This document shows positions 1 through 9,600 of a DNA stretch of 20,000 nucleotides, one piece after another; the stretch's first letter is position 1; each line of letters begins with the position of its first letter. The notes beneath the pieces are model-generated. The model searched no databases. It was not told the DNA's origin and saw only the letters and a list, made by a program, of their open reading frames with translations. Where the stretch lies: the IMG/VR virus record IMGVR_UViG_3300027631_000012. One strand, written 5' to 3'. Position numbers and translations under genes: made by a program. The stretch is from an uncultured virus (IMG/VR IMGVR_UViG_3300027631_000012). Lineage: Duplodnaviria; Heunggongvirae; Uroviricota; Caudoviricetes.

Positions 1-1
1 T

Positions 2-1602
2 ACATCAGGATCAAGTGGGTCTTCGGGAACTAGTGGTTCTTCAGGATCATCAGGTACAAGTGGTTCATCAGGGTCAAGTGGAACAAGTGGTTCAAGTGGA
101 TCTTCAGGAACTAGTGGTAGTTCAGGATCTAGTGGTACAAGTGGATCTTCTGGATCTTCTGGTACATCAGGATCAAGTGGAACTTCAGGATCATCAGGTA
201 CATCCGGATCTTCTGGTACAAGTGGTTCATCAGGGTCTAGTGGTACTTCTGGATCATCAGGATCATCCGGTACAAGTGGTAGTTCAGGATCATCCGGTAC
301 AAGTGGTAGTTCAGGATCATCCGGTACAAGTGGTTCTTCAGGTAGTTCAGGTACATCAGGATCAAGTGGTACTAGTGGATCATCTGGATCTAGCGGTACA
401 AGTGGATCTTCAGGATCTAGTGGTACATCAGGATCTAGTGGATCAAGTGGAACTTCCGGTTCTTCAGGCTCATCAGGAACTTCCGGTTCTTCAGGCAGCT
501 CAGGTACAAGTGGTTCGTCAGGATCAAGTGGTACATCAGGATCAAGTGGTACATCAGGATCATCCGGAACTTCCGGCTCATCCGGAACAAGTGGTTCGTC
601 AGGATCTAGTGGAACTTCCGGTTCTTCTGGATCTAGTGGTACAAGTGGTTCATCAGGATCTTCAGGTACATCAGGATCTAGTGGCACAAGTGGTTCATCA
701 GGATCAAGCGGCACATCAGGGTCTTCGGGTACATCAGGATCAAGTGGTACTAGTGGATCATCTGGATCTAGCGGTACATCAGGATCTAGTGGATCAAGTG
801 GAACTTCCGGTTCTTCAGGCAGCTCAGGTACAAGTGGCTCATCAGGATCATCAGGAACAAGTGGCTCATCGGGTAGCTCAGGTACATCAGGATCATCAGG
901 ATCAAGTGGTACTAGTGGATCATCAGGATCAAGTGGTACATCAGGTAGTTCAGGATCATCAGGTACAAGTGGATCTTCAGGATCATCCGGTACAAGTGGA
1001 TCATCCGGAACAAGTGGATCATCAGGAACAAGTGGATCTTCAGGGTCATCCGGAACAAGTGGTAGTTCAGGATCAAGCGGTACATCAGGTAGCTCAGGAT
1101 CTTCGGGCACAAGTGGATCTTCAGGATCATCCGGTACATCAGGATCAAGTGGAACTTCTGGTTCATCAGGTTCATCAGGAACAAGTGGTTCATCAGGTAG
1201 CTCAGGCACAAGTGGTTCGTCAGGATCAAGTGGTACATCAGGATCTTCAGGATCAAGCGGTACATCAGGATCAAGTGGAACATCAGGTAGTTCAGGATCA
1301 TCAGGAACAAGTGGATCAAGCGGTACTTCTGGTAAAGCTGGATCTAGTGGATCATCAGGAACAAGTGGATCTTCAGGATCTAGTGGAACATCAGGATCTT
1401 CTGGATCATCCGGAACAAGTGGATCTTCAGGATCATCGGGTACAAGTGGATCTTCAGGATCTTCAGGTACAAGTGGTTCATCAGGATCTTCAGGTACAAG
1501 TGGTTCATCAGGATCATCCGGAACAAGTGGATCTTCAGGATCTAGTGGAACATCGGGTAAGGCAGGATCTAGTGGATCAAGTGGAACAAGTGGTTCGTCA
1601 GG
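2..1602 (+). repeat. Degenerate 9-nt coding tandem repeat (Gly-Ser/Thr-Ser triplets) in gene 1
   Basis: Directly visible gga/ggt-tca/tct/aca-agt/tca units; shorter blocks of the same repeat at ~2017-2340 and ~2726-2841. Confidence 0.95.
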
Positions 1603-3466
1603 TATTACTGGAGTTGGTAACTTCACACTTGAGTATACGGGTACAGATATTACTACTAGTGCTTTCGTTAGTCAGAATGTGACTATAATTCCAAATCCAG
1701 GATCTAGTGACTTTTTCACTATAAATGGTTCTTATTTTAGATTTTCTTTAACTGATAGATTTAGTAATAATATTTACCAAACTCTTGTAGACTTAAAGAG
1801 CATACTAGATACTTATGCCGGTCCTACTATAATGATTAAGATTACTGATATTAATGATCCAAGTAAGTATAATTTTTATTCAGCTTCTTCTATTGGGTGG
1901 TCTCTTACATCAGGTAGTGGTATACAAACAGATCATGTTTATTATAGTTCAGGAGCTGGTATAACTGACTTCTCAACTAATGATGTGGCTGTTACTTTCA
2001 TAATACCTGGTCGAAATGGATCTTCTGGATCTAGTGGTACAAGTGGTTCATCAGGATCTTCAGGTACATCAGGATCTTCAGGTAGTTCAGGTACAAGTGG
2101 ATCTAGTGGATCAAGTGGAACATCGGGTAAGGCAGGATCTAGTGGATCAAGTGGTACTAGTGGATCATCAGGATCATCAGGTACAAGTGGATCATCAGGA
2201 TCTTCAGGAACTAGTGGATCTTCTGGATCTAGTGGCACAAGTGGATCTTCAGGATCATCAGGTACAAGTGGATCATCAGGATCTTCGGGAACTAGTGGAT
2301 CATCAGGTTCATCAGGTACAAGTGGATCATCAGGTACATCTGGTCAATCTGGTATGGATGGATCCAACTCTGGTAGATGGTATTATAACTCAGGTGTTAC
2401 TGCTCCGGCTGATCCAACTGTTACTAAATTTGCTATAAATGCTACTTTAGGAACTAATAGTTGGATTTCCATAAGTTCAGCTAATATAAATGGTACTAAC
2501 TATACCAATTGGCTCGCGGCTTTAAATACCATTTATACATCTGGTAACACTATTTATTTACAGTTATATGAAGTTGGTTCTACAAACATTATAGGTATCT
2601 GGACTGTTGATGCTACTGTTATTCAGTCATATGGTATTGATATAAGAGTAACACCTCTTATAGCAAATGGTTCTTTAATTAATGGTAGAGCTTATACAAT
2701 TTCATGGGTATTTAATGGAAAAAATGGTTCATCAGGAACAAGTGGTTCTTCAGGTACAAGTGGATCATCCGGAACTTCTGGATCAAGTGGTACATCGGGA
2801 TCAAGTGGTACATCGGGATCAAGTGGTACATCCGGTACATCCGTTGCTGTAGCTGGTACAGGTGATGTATTTACTAAATTTACATCAGCAACTACAATTG
2901 GAGATACTTCATATGATGTTCATGAGATGCCTTCAGATGGTACTTTATCATTTGGACCAGCAACAGATGTTAGCGCTCTTACATATGGTCAGATAGCACA
3001 TGCTAAAGATATTATAGCAATTCAAGGTGATGCTCAAACCAATCAGATAATATTAAAGGGGTCGGTTCCTCCTACTGCGTGGGCGACTCTAACTTCGGAT
3101 TCTGGTGGTGCTGCTCAAATTCAAATACCTGTTGGAGCGGCTTTATCTGGAGCAATTTCATTCCGAGTACAATTAGTTGCTATGGAGAACAGTGCTAGTT
3201 CTTATACTAGTCATTTAGTTTATGAAGGTCTCGCTAAAGCAACTCCTACAACAAGTTCTATAGTAAATGTCATGAATGCTAATCCGGCTGAAGAGATAAT
3301 AGGATTACATAAGGCGCAATTTTCAACTACTGGATCGGGAACCGCTGGAGCTTTCTTGGTTATTGAGGTTCTTAACAATTCAGGTGCTGGTTCACCTTGG
3401 CCTCCTGCTCCGGGAAGACCAGCAAATGTAGTAGTTTATGTAAGATATACACAAACAGTATTTTAA
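2..3466 (+). CDS. 5'-truncated giant Ser/Gly-rich Gly-X-Y (collagen-like) repeat protein with interspersed globular domains; putative virion fibre
   Basis: Frame 2 reads TSGSSGSSGTSG... from position 2 and continues without a stop through 1603-1678 (GITGVGNFTLEYTGTDITTSAFVSQN) into the listed 1679..3466 ORF. The GTG at 1679 is therefore internal and the true start lies upstream of the window. Stop TAA at 3464-3466. Non-repeat domains at ~1603-2016, ~2341-2725 and ~2842-3463. Fibre function is inferred. Confidence 0.88.
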   Translation, partial: TSGSSGSSGTSGSSGSSGTSGSSGSSGTSGSSGSSGTSGSSGSSGTSGSSGSSGTSGSSGTSGSSGTSGSSGTSGSSGSSGTSGSSGSSGTSGSSGSSGTSGSSGSSGTSGSSGSSGTSGSSGTSGSSGSSGTSGSSGSSGTSGSSGSSGTSGSSGSSGTSGSSGSSGTSGSSGSSGTSGSSGTSGSSGTSGSSGTSGSSGSSGTSGSSGSSGTSGSSGSSGTSGSSGTSGSSGSSGTSGSSGTSGSSGTSGSSGSSGTSGSSGSSGTSGSSGSSGTSGSSGSSGTSGSSGSSGTSGSSGSSGTSGSSGSSGTSGSSGSSGTSGSSGSSGTSGSSGTSGSSGTSGSSGSSGTSGSSGSSGTSGSSGSSGTSGSSGSSGTSGSSGTSGSSGSSGTSGSSGSSGTSGSSGSSGTSGSSGSSGTSGSSGTSGSSGSSGTSGSSGTSGKAGSSGSSGTSGSSGSSGTSGSSGSSGTSGSSGSSGTSGSSGSSGTSGSSGSSGTSGSSGSSGTSGSSGSSGTSGKAGSSGSSGTSGSSGITGVGNFTLEYTGTDITTSAFVSQNVTIIPNPGSSDFFTINGSYFRFSLTDRFSNNIYQTLVDLKSILDTYAGPTIMIKITDINDPSKYNFYSASSIGWSLTSGSGIQTDHVYYSSGAGITDFSTNDVAVTFIIPGRNGSSGSSGTSGSSGSSGTSGSSGSSGTSGSSGSSGTSGKAGSSGSSGTSGSSGSSGTSGSSGSSGTSGSSGSSGTSGSSGSSGTSGSSGSSGTSGSSGSSGTSGSSGTSGQSGMDGSNSGRWYYNSGVTAPADPTVTKFAINATLGTNSWISISSANINGTNYTNWLAALNTIYTSGNTIYLQLYEVGSTNIIGIWTVDATVIQSYGIDIRVTPLIANGSLINGRAYTISWVFNGKNGSSGTSGSSGTSGSSGTSGSSGTSGSSGTSGSSGTSGTSVAVAGTGDVFTKFTSATTIGDTSYDVHEMPSDGTLSFGPATDVSALTYGQIAHAKDIIAIQGDAQTNQIILKGSVPPTAWATLTSDSGGAAQIQIPVGAALSGAISFRVQLVAMENSASSYTSHLVYEGLAKATPTTSSIVNVMNANPAEEIIGLHKAQFSTTGSGTAGAFLVIEVLNNSGAGSPWPPAPGRPANVVVYVRYTQTVF

Positions 3467-3488
3467 TAGTATTTACTTTACTTTAATT

Positions 3489-3532
3489 TAATTAACCAAT
3501 CTCAATTATTTGAGGTTGGTTAATTATTTTTT
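3489..3532 (+). terminator. Rho-independent terminator after gene 1
   Basis: 17-bp arms taattaaccaatctcaa (3489-3505) and ttgaggttggttaatta (3510-3526) with one G-U pair and a 4-nt loop, followed by a T run at 3527-3532; starts 22 nt after the stop codon. Confidence 0.8.
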
Positions 3533-3593
3533 AAATAAACCACTAATTTCCATTTTTTATTGAAGATAATGTGATATTACTCTTTAATATTAA

Positions 3594-3621
3594 AATATAT
3601 AACTATGGAAATTAATATATA
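3594..3621 (+). promoter_or_regulatory. Two AATATATA motifs upstream of the 3289-aa gene; candidate phage late promoter
   Basis: aatatataa at 3594-3602 and ttaatatata at 3612-3621. The same motif precedes the 17018 (+) and 19854 (-) starts. It resembles the T4 late promoter TATAAATA. The AT-rich background limits certainty. Confidence 0.45.
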
Positions 3622-3652
3622 GAATTATATAGAAAAAATTAAAAGAACCTGA

Positions 3653-6600
3653 ATGTCAAAATATATAATCAGTAATAGTGATGGTGTAGAATTTATCACG
3701 GGAACCGGACCTAATAATAAAGGATTAAACATACCAGTAGTCGCTAACGCTACTACACATACTACATCTGGTATAGAAACTGGAGCAGTAATATTTGATG
3801 ATTTAACAAAACAAATTTTCAGATTTACAGGAACTGCTTGGTTGTCTGGTGCTGGTACATCCGGAACTAGCGGTACAAGTGGAACTAGTGGTAGTTCAGG
3901 ATCAAGTGGGTCTTCGGGATCATCAGGATCTTCCGGGTCTAGTGGTACTTCTGGTAAAGATGGATCATCTGGAACTTCCGGATCTAGCGGCTCTTCCGGA
4001 TCTAGCGGTAGTTCAGGTACATCAGGATCATCAGGTTCTTCAGGTACAAGTGGATCATCAGGATCAAGCGGATCAAGCGGATCAAGCGGATCATCAGGTA
4101 GTTCAGGTACATCAGGATCAAGTGGTTCTTCTGGATCATCAGGATCAAGCGGATCTTCAGGATCAAGTGGCTCTTCTGGTACATCAGGTAAAGCAGGATC
4201 AAGTGGTACTAGTGGCTCTTCAGGATCAAGTGGTACATCAGGATCATCAGGTAGTTCAGGATCAAGCGGGTCAAGTGGTACATCCGGATCAAGTGGATCA
4301 TCAGGTTCTTCGGGTTCTTCGGGTTCTTCGGGTTCTTCCGGATCAAGTGGTTCAAGTGGATCATCAGGTACAAGTGGTTCTTCTGGATCAAGTGGATCAT
4401 CTGGATCAAGCGGATCTTCAGGTACATCAGGATCAAGTGGTTCTAGTGGAACTTCAGGGTCGTCGGGATCAAGCGGATCATCAGGAAGTTCAGGATCATC
4501 AGGATCAAGTGGATCTTCAGGCACAAGTGGTTCTTCCGGATCATCAGGAAGTTCAGGATCAAGTGGATCATCTGGTACAAGTGGATCTTCAGGCACATCA
4601 GGAAGTTCAGGATCATCAGGATCAAGTGGTACATCAGGAAGTTCAGGATCAAGCGGATCAAGCGGATCATCAGGTAGTTCAGGTACATCAGGATCAAGTG
4701 GATCTTCCGGTACATCAGGATCAAGTGGATCAAGTGGATCAAGTGGTTCATCAGGAACATCAGGTAAAGCAGGATCAAGTGGTACATCAGGGTCAAGTGG
4801 GTCAAGTGGTTCAAGTGGTACATCAGGATCAAGTGGGTCAAGTGGATCAAGTGGTACATCAGGATCTTCAGGCTCATCAGGATCTTCAGGATCGTCAGGA
4901 TCAAGTGGAAGTTCAGGTACATCCGGATCAAGTGGAACATCCGGATCAAGTGGATCTTCTGGTACATCAGGATCAAGTGGTTCTAGTGGATCAAGTGGTA
5001 GTTCAGGAACATCAGGATCAAGTGGATCATCTGGATCTAGTGGTAGTTCAGGAACATCAGGATCAAGTGGAACTTCAGGTTCGTCGGGATCAAGCGGTAG
5101 TTCAGGATCTAGTGGATCATCAGGATCATCAGGCACATCAGGATCAAGCGGTTCATCGGGTTCTAGTGGATCAAGTGGTACTTCAGGGTCGTCAGGATCA
5201 AGCGGATCATCAGGTAGTTCAGGTACATCAGGATCAAGCGGTTCATCAGGTACATCAGGTAAAGCAGGATCTTCGGGTACAAGTGGATCTTCAGGATCTT
5301 CAGGTACATCAGGAAGTTCAGGATCAAGTGGATCTAGTGGTACAAGTGGATCAAGTGGTAGTTCAGGATCAAGCGGATCATCAGGATCATCAGGGTCAAG
5401 TGGTACATCAGGATCTTCTGGATCTAGTGGGTCTTCAGGATCTTCAGGATCAAGTGGTACATCAGGATCAAGCGGTTCTAGTGGTACATCAGGATCAAGT
5501 GGTTCATCGGGGTCAAGCGGTTCAAGCGGATCATCAGGCACTTCAGGATCTTCGGGATCAAGTGGCTCATCTGGTACATCAGGTTCTTCGGGATCAAGTG
5601 GATCATCAGGATCCTCAGGTACAAGTGGTTCTAGTGGATCTTCAGGATCTTCAGGTACATCAGGATCAAGTGGTTCTTCAGGATCAAGTGGATCAAGTGG
5701 TACTTCAGGTTCATCAGGATCAAGTGGATCATCAGGAAGTTCAGGAACATCAGGATCAAGTGGATCTTCAGGTAGTTCAGGATCAAGTGGATCATCAGGT
5801 ACAAGCGGGTCTTCAGGTAGTTCAGGTACTTCAGGATCAAGTGGATCTTCAGGATCATCAGGATCAAGCGGATCATCAGGTACAAGTGGTAGTTCAGGAT
5901 CTAGTGGATCATCCGGATCTTCAGGATCATCTGGGTCAAGTGGTTCTTCAGGATCTAGTGGTAGCTCAGGTACAAGTGGATCTTCTGGTACTTCAGGATC
6001 AAGTGGATCTTCAGGATCAAGTGGTAGCTCAGGATCAAGTGGTTCTTCAGGTACATCAGGTAAAGCAGGATCTTCGGGAACTAGTGGTAGTTCAGGCACA
6101 TCAGGATCAAGTGGTAGCTCAGGATCTAGTGGATCTTCAGGCACATCAGGCTCTTCGGGTTCTTCTGGATCAAGTGGATCTTCAGGTACAAGTGGATCAT
6201 CAGGATCAAGCGGTACATCAGGATCTTCAGGTACAAGTGGATCATCTGGATCAAGCGGTACATCGGGATCATCAGGTAGTTCAGGTTCAAGTGGATCATC
6301 AGGATCAAGCGGTACATCAGGTAGTTCAGGATCAAGCGGTTCTTCAGGATCTTCTGGATCAAGTGGATCATCAGGGTCTAGTGGTTCTTCAGGATCATCA
6401 GGTAGTTCAGGCACAAGCGGTTCTAGTGGATCATCCGGTACAAGTGGTTCTTCAGGATCTTCAGGTAGTTCGGGATCAAGTGGTACAAGTGGTAGTTCAG
6501 GCTCAAGTGGTTCAAGCGGATCATCAGGAACCTCTGGTTCAAGTGGATCTAGTGGTACGAGTGGATCATCAGGAACATCCGGTTCATCGGGTAGTTCAGG

Positions 6601-9600
6601 ATCAAGTGGTTCTTCCGGAAGTTCAGGAACTAGTGGTTCTTCAGGTACATCCGGTAAAGCAGGATCAAGCGGTACATCAGGATCAAGTGGTAGTTCAGGT
6701 TCTTCCGGATCAAGCGGATCTTCAGGTACAAGTGGTAGTTCAGGATCAAGTGGATCTTCAGGATCTTCAGGTACAAGTGGTAGTTCAGGATCATCAGGTT
6801 CAAGCGGTTCTAGTGGTACATCAGGATCAAGTGGATCAAGCGGTTCTTCAGGATCAAGTGGTACAAGTGGTAGTTCAGGATCATCAGGATCATCGGGTTC
6901 ATCAGGTACATCAGGATCAAGTGGTTCTTCCGGATCATCGGGATCATCAGGTAGTTCAGGATCTTCAGGATCAAGTGGTTCTTCAGGTACATCAGGTAAA
7001 GCAGGATCTTCAGGCACATCAGGATCTTCAGGCACAAGTGGATCTTCCGGATCAAGCGGTAGTTCAGGATCATCAGGATCAAGCGGTTCTTCAGGATCAT
7101 CAGGTAGTTCAGGCACAAGCGGTTCTAGTGGATCTTCAGGTAGTTCGGGATCAAGTGGCACAAGTGGCAGTTCAGGCTCAAGTGGTTCTAGTGGATCATC
7201 AGGAACATCCGGTTCATCGGGAAGTTCAGGAACTAGTGGATCATCAGGAACATCAGGATCAAGTGGATCTTCAGGATCATCCGGTAGTTCGGGATCAAGT
7301 GGTTCTTCAGGCTCAAGTGGTTCTTCAGGTACAGCAGGATCAAGCGGTTCTAGTGGATCATCGGGATCAAGTGGTTCTTCTGGTACATCAGGATCTTCAG
7401 GATCTTCAGGATCAAGTGGATCTTCAGGGTCATCAGGTACAAGTGGATCAAGCGGTTCTAGTGGATCATCCGGATCGTCTGGATCAAGTGGTAGTTCAGG
7501 TTCTAGTGGTTCTTCCGGATCATCAGGTACGAGTGGTAAAGCAGGATCAAGTGGTACATCAGGATCAAGTGGATCATCAGGTACAAGTGGATCTTCAGGA
7601 TCAAGTGGTACTTCTGGTAGTTCGGGATCAAGTGGTAGTTCAGGATCTTCCGGATCAAGTGGTACTTCTGGTAGTTCAGGATCAAGTGGATCATCAGGAT
7701 CAAGTGGTTCTTCAGGTACAAGTGGGTCTTCAGGATCATCAGGATCATCAGGATCATCAGGATCATCAGGATCATCAGGATCAAGTGGTTCTAGTGGTAC
7801 ATCAGGATCATCAGGTACGAGTGGTAAAGCAGGATCAAGTGGTACATCAGGATCAAGTGGGTCATCAGGATCATCGGGTTCATCAGGTAGTTCAGGTAGT
7901 TCAGGATCAAGTGGTTCTTCAGGTACAAGTGGGTCTTCAGGGTCTTCAGGTACAAGTGGATCTTCAGGATCGAGTGGTAGTTCAGGTTCATCAGGATCAA
8001 GTGGCACAAGTGGTAGTTCAGGATCAAGTGGTTCTAGTGGATCTTCCGGATCAAGTGGTAGCTCAGGTACAAGTGGATCTTCTGGATCAAGTGGTACATC
8101 AGGATCTTCAGGATCATCTGGATCTAGTGGTAGTTCAGGCACATCAGGATCAAGCGGTTCTAGTGGATCTTCAGGATCTTCAGGTAGTTCAGGTACAAGT
8201 GGATCAAGTGGATCTTCAGGATCAAGTGGTAGTTCAGGATCTTCAGGATCAAGTGGTACATCAGGATCTTCAGGTTCATCTGGTACATCAGGATCAAGCG
8301 GTTCTTCAGGATCAAGCGGTAGTTCAGGTAGTTCAGGTAGTTCAGGATCAAGCGGATCATCCGGAAGTTCAGGTACATCCGGTAAAGCAGGATCAAGTGG
8401 TACATCAGGTAGTTCAGGATCAAGTGGCACAAGTGGATCATCAGGATCAAGTGGATCGTCAGGTAGTTCAGGATCGAGTGGTACAAGTGGATCATCGGGC
8501 TCATCAGGATCATCAGGTAGTTCAGGTTCATCAGGATCAAGTGGCACAAGTGGTAGTTCAGGTAGTTCAGGTAGTTCAGGATCAAGTGGTTCTAGTGGTT
8601 CTAGTGGTTCTAGTGGTTCTTCAGGATCGTCTGGTAGTTCAGGTACAAGTGGATCAAGTGGTACATCAGGTAGTTCGGGATCAAGTGGATCTTCAGGATC
8701 ATCCGGTAGTTCGGGATCAAGTGGTTCTTCTGGTACATCAGGTAAAGCAGGATCAAGTGGCACATCAGGTAGTTCAGGTTCATCAGGCACAAGTGGTAGT
8801 TCAGGATCTAGCGGATCGTCAGGATCAAGTGGGTCTTCAGGATCATCAGGTTCTTCCGGATCAAGTGGTACATCAGGTTCTTCAGGTAGTTCAGGATCAA
8901 GTGGTTCTAGTGGTACATCAGGATCAAGTGGTAGTTCAGGATCATCTGGGTCTAGTGGTAGTTCAGGTACATCAGGATCAAGTGGGTCTTCAGGATCATC
9001 TGGGTCTAGTGGTAGTTCAGGTACATCAGGATCAAGCGGATCAAGTGGTTCTTCAGGATCAAGTGGTAGTTCTGGTAGTTCAGGATCAAGCGGTTCTAGT
9101 GGATCTTCAGGTTCATCAGGCACAAGTGGATCAAGCGGATCTTCAGGATCGAGTGGTAGTTCAGGATCAAGTGGTACATCAGGATCTTCAGGTTCAAGTG
9201 GTACATCAGGATCAAGCGGATCAAGTGGTTCTTCAGGATCAAGTGGTAGTTCTGGTAGTTCAGGATCAAGCGGATCATCCGGAAGTTCAGGTACATCCGG
9301 TAAAGCAGGATCAAGTGGTACATCAGGTAGTTCAGGTTCATCAGGTACAAGTGGATCAAGTGGTTCTTCTGGATCAAGTGGTAGTTCAGGTTCTTCCGGT
9401 ACAAGCGGATCATCGGGTTCATCGGGATCATCAGGTAGTTCAGGTTCTTCCGGATCAAGTGGATCAAGTGGTTCTTCCGGATCAAGTGGAACATCTGGTA
9501 GAGATGGATCTTCAGGTACAAGTGGTTCTAGCGGATCATCAGGTACAAGTGGATCAAGTGGTAGTTCAGGATCATCTGGGTCTAGTGGTTCATCAGGTAC

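Noticed and set aside
1679..1681. GTG start proposed for a 595-aa protein
   Set aside because: The frame is open back to position 2, so the gene starts before the window.
3605..3652. Upstream in-frame ATG suggesting stop-codon reassignment or an N-terminal extension
   Set aside because: The stretch contains both TAG and TGA before 3653, and all long genes read intact under the standard code with TAA, TGA and TAG used as stops.
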